From the NCBI GenBank assembly GCA_964016885.1, contig OZ024741.1, positions 201,376,001-201,440,000 on the forward strand: a stretch of DNA of 64,000 nt. The letters are read 5' to 3'. Below the pieces are notes generated by a model. That model was not told the DNA's origin. It made no database searches and worked only from the letters and a program-made list of their open reading frames with translations. Of the stretch, positions 27,721-39,535 are shown one piece after another. Each line of letters begins with the position of its first letter. Position 1 is the first letter of the stretch. A program made the position numbers and the translations under genes. The stretch is from Eledone cirrhosa. Its lineage: Eukaryota.

Positions 27721-28177
27721 ATGATGGTGAGGCACCAATTGATGCTAGTTGTAGTTCTCTATGCTGCTCTCCTCCATGGAAAATTGTTGGCTGTCATCTT
27801 ATCCACTGACACTTTTTCACATCACTTACCTTCTGCATCAACATCACCACTGTCAGTGTCATCTTCATCATCATCACCATCAACTTCATCATCATCATCA
27901 TCATCACCGTTGTCATCATCTTCATCATCAACTTTAAAAGTGACAACCAAAAGAGAGACGTTCCCACATACACACGATGATCTGTTCAAGGTCTTTGAAG
28001 CGAAGCTGCTTCAGATGTTTGGATTGAAGAGCCGACCAAAACTGGATGAGAAAGCATTCGTTCCTCAATACATGCGTGATTTGTATGACGGCCATCTACA
28101 TAAAAGCAACCCTTCAGTTCCAACCAGTGGACGAGGATACTTGCCTGCAAACACTGTTCGCAGTTTCTACCACATCG
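27721..28177 (+). CDS. BMP2/4: BMP2/4 (decapentaplegic-class) preproprotein, coding exon 1: signal peptide + N-terminal prodomain
   Basis: Hydrophobic signal peptide; FEAKLLQMFGLKSRP, VPQYMRDLY, ANTVRSFYH; acceptor TTTCAG ending 27709; phase-1 donor G|GTAATT at 28177/28178, matching the conserved BMP2/4 intron position. Confidence 0.93.
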
Positions 28178-28287
28178 GTAATTGCACATTTTTTTAGGCA
28201 TTTAAAAAAATTAAAATGTTTAGATTTTTGTGACATTCGGAGTAAAGAAGTTTGTGTGTGTGTGTGTGTGAGTGTGAGCATGTATAT

Positions 28288-28332
<45 letters not shown>

Positions 28333-28589
28333 CACGGGGTCGTGTGTACAGGGCTGCTCAATTCTTTAAGGACATTTGCATGAATTTAGTAAAATCACGA
28401 AAGAAAAGCTTTATTTGAGTAGAAATTAGCATGAATAATATTGAGACTTTTCTTGGTGCATCTACTCAATGAATGCGCTATTAGCATCGATGACTGCTTC
28501 AACTCGAGGTCTGAAAAATTGACCTGCCCGAATCAGATGATCTTTATCTATTTTGGACATTGTGCTAGTTATGGCAGACTTCAGAGATT

Positions 28590-29470
28590 TTATATTGTTA
28601 TGGGGGCATTGATTGAGTTCCCCTTGACTATGCCCCACACGTAGTAGTCCAATGGATTCAGGTCTAGAGAGCTAGGGGACCATATGTTTGGGATGACATG
28701 ATCGTGGAGATTGTAAGTCATCCATTTTTGATTCGTCTTGGCTTTATGAGACGACACAGAGTTGTACGGTCTTCCTTTGCTCACGCTCTCTATCCAAAGC
28801 CTCACAACCCTCTCCAACACCACCTTATAGTCAGCAGCATTGAACCTTAAGCTCTGTGGAAAGAAGTAAGGAAGCATGACATCTTCCTCGTTGATCATGA
28901 CTCACAGTGCCGGACATTTTGTGTACATGACCGTTGGAATGTCTTTATGATCTGCATAACCCTCTTTCACTCCTTCGGTGGGCTTTTGGTACTGATGAAA
29001 GATTTTATCATCAATAATTGTTTCTACTTTTGGCACAAGGCCAGCAATTACCCCAGTGTATTACTGGTACTTTATTTTATCGACCCCCGTAAGGATGAAA
29101 GGCAAAGTTAAGTTAACCTCAGCGGGATTTGAACTCAGACTGTAACTCTATGCCGGAAATGTTGTGTACATGACCATTGGAATGTCTTTATGATCTGCTT
29201 AACCCTCTTTCACTCCTTCGGTGGGCTTTTAAAATGATGAAAGATTTTCCCATCATAGAAAAACCAAAACATGCTGGGCTCATGATGTTTCAACTTGTTC
29301 AACAAGTGCTTTGTGTGGATTAGATGGTTATCTTTTGTATTTGCAGACATGTAATTGATCTCTCTGCATCACATATGGCTTGTATCGAAGGTCCCCATAC
29401 ACAATTCTTCTGATTGTGTGCCTTGAAGCCATGAGCTCCTTAGCAATGGCACTAATTGACTTTCTAAAAC
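28590..29470 (-). mobile_element. Degenerate Tc1/mariner-superfamily transposase remnant (DD37D/maT-like) in the BMP intron
   Basis: WSPSSLDLNPLDYYVWG (WPPxSPDLNPLDY motif); smaller related piece at 26735-26830. Confidence 0.75.
29015..29155 (-). mobile_element. SINE family 1, 5'-truncated, nested in the mariner remnant
   Basis: Core and B box on the minus strand; flanked by an ~87-bp direct repeat. Confidence 0.85.
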
Positions 29471-29513
29471 TCTAGTCATGTAGTCATGTAGAAGTCACTT
29501 CTACTTACACACT

Positions 29514-29573
<60 letters not shown>

Positions 29574-29650
29574 AAGTAAAAAAACAATAACAAGGAGTAC
29601 AGTTACGAAAAGTGTTTTGTATTAGGTTCACGCTTGAGAGTGGGGGTGGG

Positions 29651-29684
29651 GGCGACGTTTTGAGCATAAGCCCTTCATCAGGAG
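29651..29684 (-). ncRNA. Degenerate hammerhead motif (GAAA changed to AAAA)
   Basis: Minus strand CUGAUGA-aGGGC uuau GCUC-AAAAC-GUC; downstream sequence related to the 52051 and 54154 units. Confidence 0.6.
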
Positions 29685-30205
29685 AAAGGTGGGAAGGAAA
29701 AGAGTTCCGAGGGGGTGTGAGGGGTGAGTGGTAGAAAAACATTAAAATAAAAGGAAAAAAATTAAAATGAAAACAAGTGGTGAAAGATGTGGGGCGTGTA
29801 GAGGTGGTGATGGGTGGATGGAGGGGAAGGGAGAGGGGAGAAAGACATTGGGTTCCGAGCGGGGAGGGCGGAAGGTGGTGTGTGTGTGTGTATGTGTGTA
29901 GGTGTACGTGTGTTTGTGTGGATGTGAGTGTGAGAGTTTGGGGGAGAACGAGGTTCCATGCTCGGGTATTAGGAAAACCAGTGTGTGCATGGGGTGGGTG
30001 TAAGTATGTGTGCGTGTGGATGGAGAGGGGTCGGAAGGAGTGGGGGAGAGGGAGCGTGCGGAACCCGGAGGCAGAGTGGGTGTATGTGAGGATACGCACA
30101 TGTGTGTGTGTTTGTGTGGTGTGGATACGTGGGAATGTATGGTTGCGTGTGTGAGAAAATGGTGTAAGTATTTGTGTGTGTGTGTTCCTGAATGTTTTTC
30201 CGGTA

Positions 30206-30367
30206 CTGTGTTTCCCGGCGTCGAAGACGCTATTTTTTTCATAAAATAAGTCTCAAAATCTACCATGCGTCCTGGAGGCCGAAGGTTTTTATTTTTTTTA
30301 AGTTTTTGGTTGTCAAAGTTTGGGTGCGTCCTCGAGGACGAAGCGTCTTCGGCGCCGCGAAATACGG
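30206..30367. mobile_element. Tc1/mariner-type (Tc2-like) MITE
   Basis: Imperfect TIRs CTGTGTTTCCCGGCG / CGCCGCGAAATACGG; TA on the left side. Confidence 0.6.
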
Positions 30368-30427
30368 TGTATATATATATATAAATTAAGAATAGTTAAG
30401 TCTGGGTTACTTCACTATAATTGCTTT

Positions 30428-30515
30428 ATTGTATGATATATATTTCTGTTATATTGTATGGTATATATTTCTGTTACATGGTTATGCATGTGACCTCATC
30501 AGATTCTCATACAAT
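30428..30515 (-). ncRNA. Hammerhead-like motif with tandemly duplicated 3' half
   Basis: Minus strand CUGAUGA-gGUCACAUG cauaac CAUGUAACa-GAAAU AUAU ACC..., repeated as GAAAU AUAU AUC-AUACAAU; stem I is imperfect. Confidence 0.5.
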
Positions 30516-31529
30516 CATATGTGTAATTATGCAATCATGGGGATATGTCGTTGGTCATGTATTACCACCCAGATCACAACTGGAAACATATACCATGCAA
30601 TAAAGCAATTATGGTGAAATAATCCCGTCTTAACTACTCTTAATCTGACAAATGACTTCTCCGTCACTCCCAATCACCAACTTTTAGCTGAGATAAACTA
30701 GTGACGTGAAGTGCTTTTGAATCCCTCGAACCGGTTTATCCTCACGAAGTTATAGCGTAACAACCACATATAAGCACCTTATCTTCTGCAGTATATATAT
30801 GTATAATTATAGTATTATTCAGTTTGCGTTAGTGTATTCAATTAATTTGATTATGTAACAAGAATCAAAGACCGCTTACAGTAGTGTTTTACTCAACGGT
30901 CGAATTATTCGTTTGATAAATCCTGTGGTAGTTCCACTATAGGTTCTAAGTGTAAAATGTAACAATTTACGGAGTATATATAGAAATTATAAAATTATTA
31001 TTTAAAACACCATATGCGTGGGATTAACATTTGTTGCACAACACTGACACGTGTTTCATCGTATGTGTTACATATCAGTCTAGGATCGCTAATATTTGAC
31101 TATTTCAATCAAATTATATCGAATCCAACTACTTAAAAAATCATGTAGACACAACAAATTTTCAATGTAGAATAAGAACTTTTTCACATATAGAGATATA
31201 TAGAAGGGAAGCCAGAATTAAAGGAAAGGGAAAAGAATAGAGGAAAAAAGAAAAGAAAATAAGCAGATAAAGAAAAGGAAAAAGAAAGAGGAAAAAGCAC
31301 ATGAAAGAATATATATATATATTCTTTCATGTGTTTTTTCCTCTTTCTTTTTCCTTATATATATATGTGTAGGTATGTATATTCCCTCTGATAGTTTGTA
31401 AAAATTTTACATAGATCTATATGATATACATACCAACACAAACATATATATATCCTAGAAACGATCGTAAAATGATGAATTTTTTAATATAAGGAACTGT
31501 TTCTTTGTTTTTATTCATTATTTTTATTA

Positions 31530-31565
<36 letters not shown>

Positions 31566-31568
31566 TTC

Positions 31569-31709
<141 letters not shown>

Positions 31710-32029
31710 TGTGTGTGTGTGTGTGTGTGTGTGCGTGTGAAGGATAGTATTTTATGCAGAAAGACATAAGTAGAGGAAGAAATAAAAAGTTCCTTTTTAT
31801 TTCTTCCTCTACTTATGTCTTTAAATCAATACAGATAAGAGTAGAGGAGGGTGCGAGCTTTACGGTAGTGTTAGGGGAATAGTAAATGAGGAGTGGATTC
31901 AGCCCTACAAAATATCTGGACCATTATTGGCTGAAAATGTACTCATTCAAAACAACAACAGAAAATTAGTTGCAGAAGTATTAGAATGACAACAACAACA
32001 ACGACGACGACGACGATATCAATAACAAT

Positions 32030-32198
32030 AATTGTTTTTACTTTTTGGCACAAGGCCAGCAATTAACCAGTACATTACTGGTACTTTATTTTATCGACCC
32101 CGTAAGGATGAAAGGCAAAGTTAACCTCGGCGGGATTTGAACTCAGAATGGCAAGGGCCGTAACTCTATGCGTCAAAGCATGGCGTCCGACCCTCTAC
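32030..32198 (-). mobile_element. SINE family 1 in the BMP intron
   Basis: Nearly identical to 13430-13600. Confidence 0.88.
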
Positions 32199-33027
32199 AA
32201 TAACAATAATATTGTTCAATGTACATCTATCAAGTTGAAAATTATGTGATCTGTTACAGATAAGAATATAGCCAGCATTACTTCAAGCGTTGCGTTCAAG
32301 AATCAGCCCAACCGGCAAAGATATGACCATAATAAAGTTACAATAAAGCTAGCGTGGTAGACTAAAGAAATGAGCGAATAGGTAGTAGGATCTAATCTCC
32401 CGTTAGTCAGGATTATAGAAAGAAAAAGTTTTAAATTGTTTGTGTCTGAAATGAAAATTTCGTCCCTGTCTAGTATTTACTAACTTTTTGCCAGTTATTA
32501 TATGGTAAACTTCCAGTGTACAAATATAACATACACCTGTATCCTGTTGATACTTACAGCGAAATCCCAGGATAGACCACAATATTTCGTACGGGGGGGG
32601 GGGGGGGGGGGCATTCTATTAACTCCCAAATTTTATCTTAGACTGATAATAACACATACGAAGAAACACGTGTCAGTGTTATGCAATAAATGTTATTCCC
32701 ACTCTTCTGGGTGATGGGAGGGAGGTAATGATGGAAGAGGGGTAGTATTTGTGGGAGGGAGGTGGAATGTGAAGCAAAAATAGATAAGCTTAACAGTTAT
32801 TTCAACGTGTATATATATCAAATGCAGCCTTTGTTTATCTTAATTGTCAAATAATGACAAAGCAAACTCATTTCTTGTATCAAGATCTGTTTTAATTAAT
32901 ATTTGTTCCATTAAATTCATTTTGATTTCCATAGAAATTACATTTAACTAACATATTCCAAATCTGAAATATTTGTGTATGAGAATTAACCTTTGGATTT
33001 TTTTTTTTTTTTTTTTTTCTTTTGCAG

Positions 33028-34022
33028 ATTCTCACTTAATTGATTGCACAGAAGAAAATGCCAGCACCATAATGTTCAATATTTCTAATATGATGGAAGA
33101 GGAAGTTTTAACTGCAGCTGATCTAAGGATTTATTGGGATCCAAAATATTATGAGTATAATAGCAGGAATGACAATAGCTTAAATGACATTTCTATTGAT
33201 AATTCATTTTATAGTGATTATAACAATACTAAAGACAATAATAAAAACATGTTTAAAAAACAGAAATATTTTCCTATTCGTGTAGAGATCCATGAAGTTA
33301 TAAGTCCACCACGATGGGGAAGTTCCAGTGAATGCATTACACGACTAATTGACACTAAAGTTATTCATAGAAACAGTAATACATCAACATGGATAGTTTT
33401 TGATGTACACCCAGCTGTCCTGAAATGGAAACAAACGCCACACTTAAATCATGGTTTGCACATCCGCCTATCTACAGCAACAAAAAACCCAGTATCTGTT
33501 CAACCACATCGTCATATACGATTAAAGAGAGCAGTAGACATTGAACATAATGAATGGCAAAACTCACGCCCTTTACTTATAACCTACACTGACGATGGCA
33601 AAGGAGTACCCATTAAACGTTCTCGAAGAAGTGCAAGACACAGAAGGGAACGAGGAAAAAAAAAACGACGGCGTTCCAAAAAGGTTCAACGGCACCGAAA
33701 AGCAAGCACAGAATGTCGTAGACACCCAATGTATGTGTCATTTAATGAAGTAGGATGGACAGAATGGATTGTTGCACCCGTGGGCTATCAAGCCTTTTAC
33801 TGTGAGGGTAAATGTCCATTCCCAATCTCAGACTATTTGAACTCGACAAATCATGCAATTGTTCAGACCCTTGTAAATTCTGTGATGCCCAACAAAATAC
33901 CTCAGGTATGTTGTGTACCTACAGAACTTAGCTCGATTTCAATGCTTTATCTCGATGAGCAAAACAAAGTTGTCCTAAAAAATTATCAAGGGATGGTTGT
34001 AAAAGCATGTGGATGCCGATGA
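33028..34022 (+). CDS. BMP2/4: BMP2/4 preproprotein, coding exon 2: rest of the prodomain, furin sites and mature 7-Cys TGF-beta domain
   Basis: Poly-T acceptor TTTGCAG ending 33027; G+AT restores the frame; TRLIDT, FDVHPAV, RPLLITY; RLKR and RSRR furin sites; [50 protein letters not shown] stop. Confidence 0.96.
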
Positions 34023-34787
34023 CAAAAACTTTTTCTAAAGAATCTTGAGTCATCAAACATGCTGTTGTCATAGACACAGTAATTTGCTATTTATTTTGCA
34101 TGCCGCTTCAGTATTTTGGTGCGTTTTCTTTTCAAAGCGGTCATGTGTCCAAACTTTTATATCTTAGCCCCAAAAATTCTGGTTCCATTGAATTACCTGT
34201 CTAAGTTGTTACTTCTGTCCGTCCTAATCAGTAGCATTTCAAGTGCAGGGATTTCTATCAGCAGCTGTCTTTTTTTTTTTCAAACAGAGAGTAACAGAAA
34301 AACAAAAATTAAAAATAAAAGACAGATTTGTTTGTGTATACAAAGTTGAAGGAACAAATGATTATTTTATAATTTTTTCAAATGTGTTAAAAGAACATTG
34401 ACATAATTTTTGTATATTTTTATTTAAGAAAAGCTATCAACTCTTTGTTTCTGGATGCAAATGAAGATTTGGTCATAATTTAGGGAGGAGGGTTTCGTTT
34501 TTTCCAAAATTTTCTATATACATGAAATCAGGAAAAAATAAGGAACTGATGAAAGATTATTGATACTCAAAACCTAACTTTGCCTTTTTCTTCTCACTGA
34601 ATACTTGCTTTGTTATTCTTAGTCCAAATGGTTTCACTGGTGGTGAAATATGTATAGTTGTTATCCTTGTAGGTGACAATTAAAAGCATGATGTATGCCC
34701 TACTGCTTTTACATTCACCATCTCTTGTGATTTTAAATGTATGTCTCAATGTATGTGTGTGTTTATGTGTATGTATATATGTATGTT

Positions 34788-34825
<38 letters not shown>

Positions 34826-37776
34826 GATATATATAAACATACATATATATATATATATGTATTTATGTATGCATATATGTATGTGTGTATATATGTATGT
34901 GTACATGCACATATATTAATGTGTATGTGAGACATGCAGGAGTGTATAAATTATGATACAATACCAATTATGCAAATGTAGAACTAAGTTTTATTTCTTA
35001 CAGCTGTGCATGTCTTCTCTTATGAAATATCATAGTTACTGGAGACAATTATATCACAAACCAAAACAGGATATGTTACTGTTGCTTTAGTTTTCCTACA
35101 TATAATTATATTTTCAACATAAGACATCAGTAAGCCATCATGGAATACCACTGATTTTGCATTCAGTTATAAGTAATCCCATGCTTTTTATCCAATCAGC
35201 TCTGCAATGCTTTACAAATATTTTATCATGTTCAAATATTTCTTAGCAGGCCATCAATATTATTAATTTCCAGTGTTCTAAATTTAGATTTTGGCAACAG
35301 AAAACTATTTATTAGAAATAAATCATTGTAATTGTGTATTAATTAAATAACAACAGTGATCAGTTTTCATTATAAACAATACTCACTTAGCACTGAAATT
35401 TATTTCTTGATTCAGGTAAGAATAAATCAATATCTTATACATCTAAAGCACTTTGTGCTTGTAGATATATTAAATTTCAATAAACTGTAGCCAGTTCCTA
35501 CTGGTGGTTTCACATCCTGTGCTTTTACATCCTATTCATTTCCCATTTCTAGTTAGTTGAAGTAAAACAGCCAAATGGATAAAGTTTTGAATTACCAACT
35601 CATAGATTTTGAGTTCACATCAACTGTAGATATTTTATTGTATTGTTTGGTCAGTACATTTGATTCTGAGATCCACAACTGAACTGGAGTGCTTAGAATA
35701 TATCAACCCTCAAATTCATTTTTATTTAATCTACTAATGCCATGAAATTAAGTCTAAACATGGACCTTCTAAGAATTCTTCCTAACTGCAGCTTTATGTT
35801 GTAATCAGTACAAGTTAGAGGTGACCCTAAATTTGAAAGTAGTTACAATCACTTCCTTCAAATTGTTCTTGCTAGAAATCCATTAAGTTCTTGCTAAATA
35901 TTATGCCCAATTCCTGCAAATATCTCAACATTCTTTTACATTAAAAATGATATCCTTCCACCCACAAATTATTTTAGGTGTTATATCTTACTCCCGCAAT
36001 AAGTTATATCCAATAATTGCTTGCCGTTATAAAATTGGATGGTATATTTAACACACTACCCAGTTTAATAGCTGGTCCTTGAGCCAATTATAGAACTATT
36101 GTGTGGTTGTTTGACCTGTAAGAAATAGCAGCTAATTTTTCCTAAAATCATACCCTACTGTCTTAGAAAAATGAAAGAGGCATCTATATACGAAGTCAGA
36201 AAAAATTAGAGGGACATGGTGGGAATGTTTCTTATCATATGTCTGCTATTTCTGTAAAGACCTTGCAACTAAACAACACTTGTAGACTCCACTGTGTTGC
36301 AAAAATTTACATGAGTTTTCCAGTTCCCTTTCTGTCTACATTGTTCCTGTAGACAATGATTAACAGATGGTCAGTTTAGGCACAGTCCACATCAACCTCA
36401 TAAGTATTGTAAGGCCTGTAAGGGTCATGGACACTGCTTTTCTTCTGACTAACAAAAAAATATACCCAGTTATTTTTACTATTTATGTATTCTAGGTTTT
36501 ACTATCTATGTATGTACTCAATATCCATTTCCATAATTTCTTCTTCTATATTTAATTTATCTTCAGCTTTAACCCTTTCATTACCATATTTCTAATTAAA
36601 TACTTTCTATTTTAATTAATTAAGGAAAAATTTACAAAAATTATAATTTCATTAAGATGATAACAACAAAATGTTCTTATATAAAATTATGTTGTAAAAT
36701 TTTAATCTAAGTAGAAACCTTTTAAAATGGGTGGTTTTGTTTCATAGAAATGGAAGCAGTTTTGAGGCAGGTTGATATCAGAAGCATTAACCCATATTCA
36801 GTATAGGGACAGAGATGTACTAGGCCAGTTTGTTGATAGAGCAAAAATCTGTCACCTGGTTAAGCACCACCACCTGTGATTTAGGTGCTTTTACTTGAGC
36901 CCACTCTATTGCAAGCATTTTGGATAGGTTTTCTGTTTAAAGATAAATGTTCTCCTATCAGTCACAGAGGCCCTGAAAAAGATTATGAATGATGCCCTTT
37001 GTCTTCTGGATAAGCTATTTAAAAAAAAGAACAACAGACTAAATGTTTATTTGCATGCTAATCAACTGTAAAAAGAATAATTGATTTACTTTTTTCTTAG
37101 CGTTTAAATTATTTGTCTCTAATTTTCTGATTTATAACTTCCCTCTTGTCCAATATGCAGATAGATGAAATAAAACAGATTCATAAACTAAATGGAAAGT
37201 TAGAAATATTTGCACTTAAAATATAAATGTGTATGTCTAAATATATTTGAATATGCATGCATGTGAATGGGTTTTCAAACATATCTGTATATATTCACAT
37301 AAACACACACACATATATATGTATATATATATATATATAGACACACACAGACATGCACACACACATACACATATACACAGGTGCACATATACATACATGC
37401 ACGTGCATGGACATATACCCACACACACATATACATATACACAGAGGTGATCAAGAAGAATGTTTGCAGTAAAGACAAATTTCAGCAAATTGATTATTTA
37501 TTTTAACAAGGACTATAACTGCAATGGTATAGTAATGAATAACAGCAGGTGTGATATATCAACTAATAGTTGAGATCGTTGGGGTGCTTTGACAAATAGC
37601 AGATGACATAGTCAAGAATAAATAGGTTGTTATATTATTTGTATTATATTCCATTACAATTTTGAGTGATTACAAACTAAAAATAGAATTAAATACAATT
37701 ACGTATGAATTGTGTATGAATGTGTGCAGATAAATATGTATCTACATATACATTCATACATATGTATGAATGTATG

Positions 37777-37967
37777 CAGGGCCGGCGCTACCATATGGGC
37801 AAACTAAGCGGCTGCCTAGGGTGCTGGTTTCAGGGAGCACATTTCTCCAAATCAACAATTTTGAAAAATAAATAATTAAGTAAATTTGAAATTGATATTT
37901 TCCTGAGGAAAGCAGGGGGCAGAATCTAACCGTGCCTAGGGTGCCAGATAGTCTGGCACCAGCCCTG
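37777..37967. mobile_element. hAT-type MITE (CAGGGCCGG TIR)
   Basis: CAGGGCCGGCGC / GCACCAGCCCTG ends; related copy at 46829-47126. Confidence 0.75.
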
Positions 37968-37983
37968 TTTCTAGGTATGTAGG

Positions 37984-38014
<31 letters not shown>

Positions 38015-38075
38015 ACACACATACACACACATACACACACACATACACACACACATATATATATATAAATATATT

Positions 38076-38107
<32 letters not shown>

Positions 38108-38171
38108 TATGTGTGTGTGGGAGTATCCCGGGTTCAATTGGGGGTAACCACAGCAAGAAGGTACTCAATAC

Positions 38172-38268
38172 AATGTTTAATGTAAAAATGGCTTCTACAG
38201 GACTAGAACTCTTTCATTTGAATGAAACCGTTTCTAGTCCTGTGGAAGCCATTTCTATATTAAACATT
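38172..38268. repeat. Fold-back palindrome, probably two hammerhead 3' halves
   Basis: ~37-bp arms AATGTTTAAT..GGACTAGAA / TTCTAGTCC..ATTAAACATT around TTTCAT-TTGA-ATGAAACCGTTTC. Confidence 0.8.
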
Positions 38269-38289
38269 ATATATATATGTATATATTCC

Positions 38290-38420
38290 AGGCCGCACTG
38301 TAAAGTGGTTAGTGTTCGGAAGAGCATCCAGCCATAGAAACCAAGCCATAAATACAAATCCATATGAGCATGATGTAGTATCTGGAAGCATGGAAAATGG
38401 ACGTTGAATGAAGGTGATGA
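38290..38420 (+). mobile_element. SINE-like family 3 (GGAAGGGCATCCAGCC motif, (GAT)n tail); minus-strand copies at 38650-38800, 45405-45600, 47727-47925
   Basis: Shared gtggtt.g.gtt.ggaag.gcatcc motif and ggacgtt/gatgttaaa-(gat)n 3' end. Confidence 0.65.
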
Positions 38421-38498
38421 TTATAGATAGATAGATAGATATATTGATAGATAGATAGTTATATATAATATACATATATGTATATAATATAAATATAC

Positions 38499-38538
<40 letters not shown>

Positions 38539-38978
38539 AGTAGAGGTGATCGATAGTAAAACATGTCATATGTCATTAAATATGTTATGATGCAACACTG
38601 ATTCTTTGTTCCTTTATTATACTATCTTATACTATATATATATATATCATCATCATCATCATCATCTTTTCATTTTACATCCGCTTTTTCCCTGCTTGCA
38701 AGGGTGGGACGGGAACTGATGCTGGCTTGATTTCTACAGCTGGATGCCCTGCCTAACACCAACCTCATTTACAGTGAGTGCTGGGTAATTTTTTGCCGTG
38801 GCACCTCCACGACTACTTTGCAGTGGAATGATAAGGACCCCAGTCCCTATCATCTCATTTTTACAGCTGAGTAAACTGGAGCAATGTGAAATAAAGTGTC
38901 TCGATCCTCTTGGGGTGGGTGCAGAGTATCAATAGTATTAATATATAAGGGAACAGAGAATCAGTGTTGCATCATATA

Positions 38979-39068
38979 CATATTACATATGTTTCACTGT
39001 CGATGAGCTCGAGGAAAAATCTATTGATGACAGAACCTGACTCTGGAATCGGAAGCTCCTCAGATATG
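38979..39068 (-). ncRNA. Type-I hammerhead motif with extended stem II
   Basis: CAUAU-CUGAGGA-GCU...AGU-GAAAC AUAU GUA-AUAUG; homolog at 51141-51230 (+) has GAAUC. Confidence 0.7.
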
Positions 39069-39182
39069 TCTTAGCAAGTAGACTCGCATCTCAGAGTCTA
39101 CATCAACAGTGGAACATATGTAATATGTAATAAAATATTTATATGGTACAACTCTAATTTTTTGTTCCCTTATGTATTAATA

Positions 39183-39220
<38 letters not shown>

Positions 39221-39271
39221 TGTTTCCGTAGAAAAGGTAAAGGAAGAGTGCCTCTATGTAAAGTACAGAGC

Positions 39272-39497
39272 TATTTAATTATGTAATAAACAACACAATA
39301 CAATTATTCCATTTACCAAAGGTTTCATGAAGACAGGCAACCTGAATAGAGATGTCTGTAGTCGTTCTTCAAAAAGGAAAATTTAATAAATTTCCCTTTC
39401 TGATGAACGACTTCAGACGTCCCTATTGAGGTTGCCTGTCTTCATGAAACCTTTGGTAAATGGAATAATTGTATTGTGTTGTTTATTACATAATTAA

Positions 39498-39500
<3 letters not shown>
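39272..39500. repeat. ~230-bp imperfect palindrome carrying two outward-facing hammerhead motifs (39393-39465 +, 39307-39379 -)
   Basis: + arm: ucccuuu-CUGAUGA-...-GAAACC UUU GGUA-aauggaa; - arm core UUGAAGA; centre 39386. Confidence 0.85.

Positions 39501-39532
<32 letters not shown>

Positions 39533-39535
<3 letters not shown>

Noticed and set aside
28178-28197. Last codons of the 158-aa ORF (GNCTFF)
   Set aside because: Read-through past the conserved phase-1 splice donor
32636-32700. Functional hammerheads at 32641 (+), 31043 (-) and 54809 (+)
   Set aside because: GAAAC-ACGU-GUC is present but the cores are degenerate and stem I does not pair in register; not listed as ribozyme features
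32973-33027. ORF-track start for the 349-aa BMP ORF
   Set aside because: This is intronic polypyrimidine tract (poly-Phe); the exon begins at 33028
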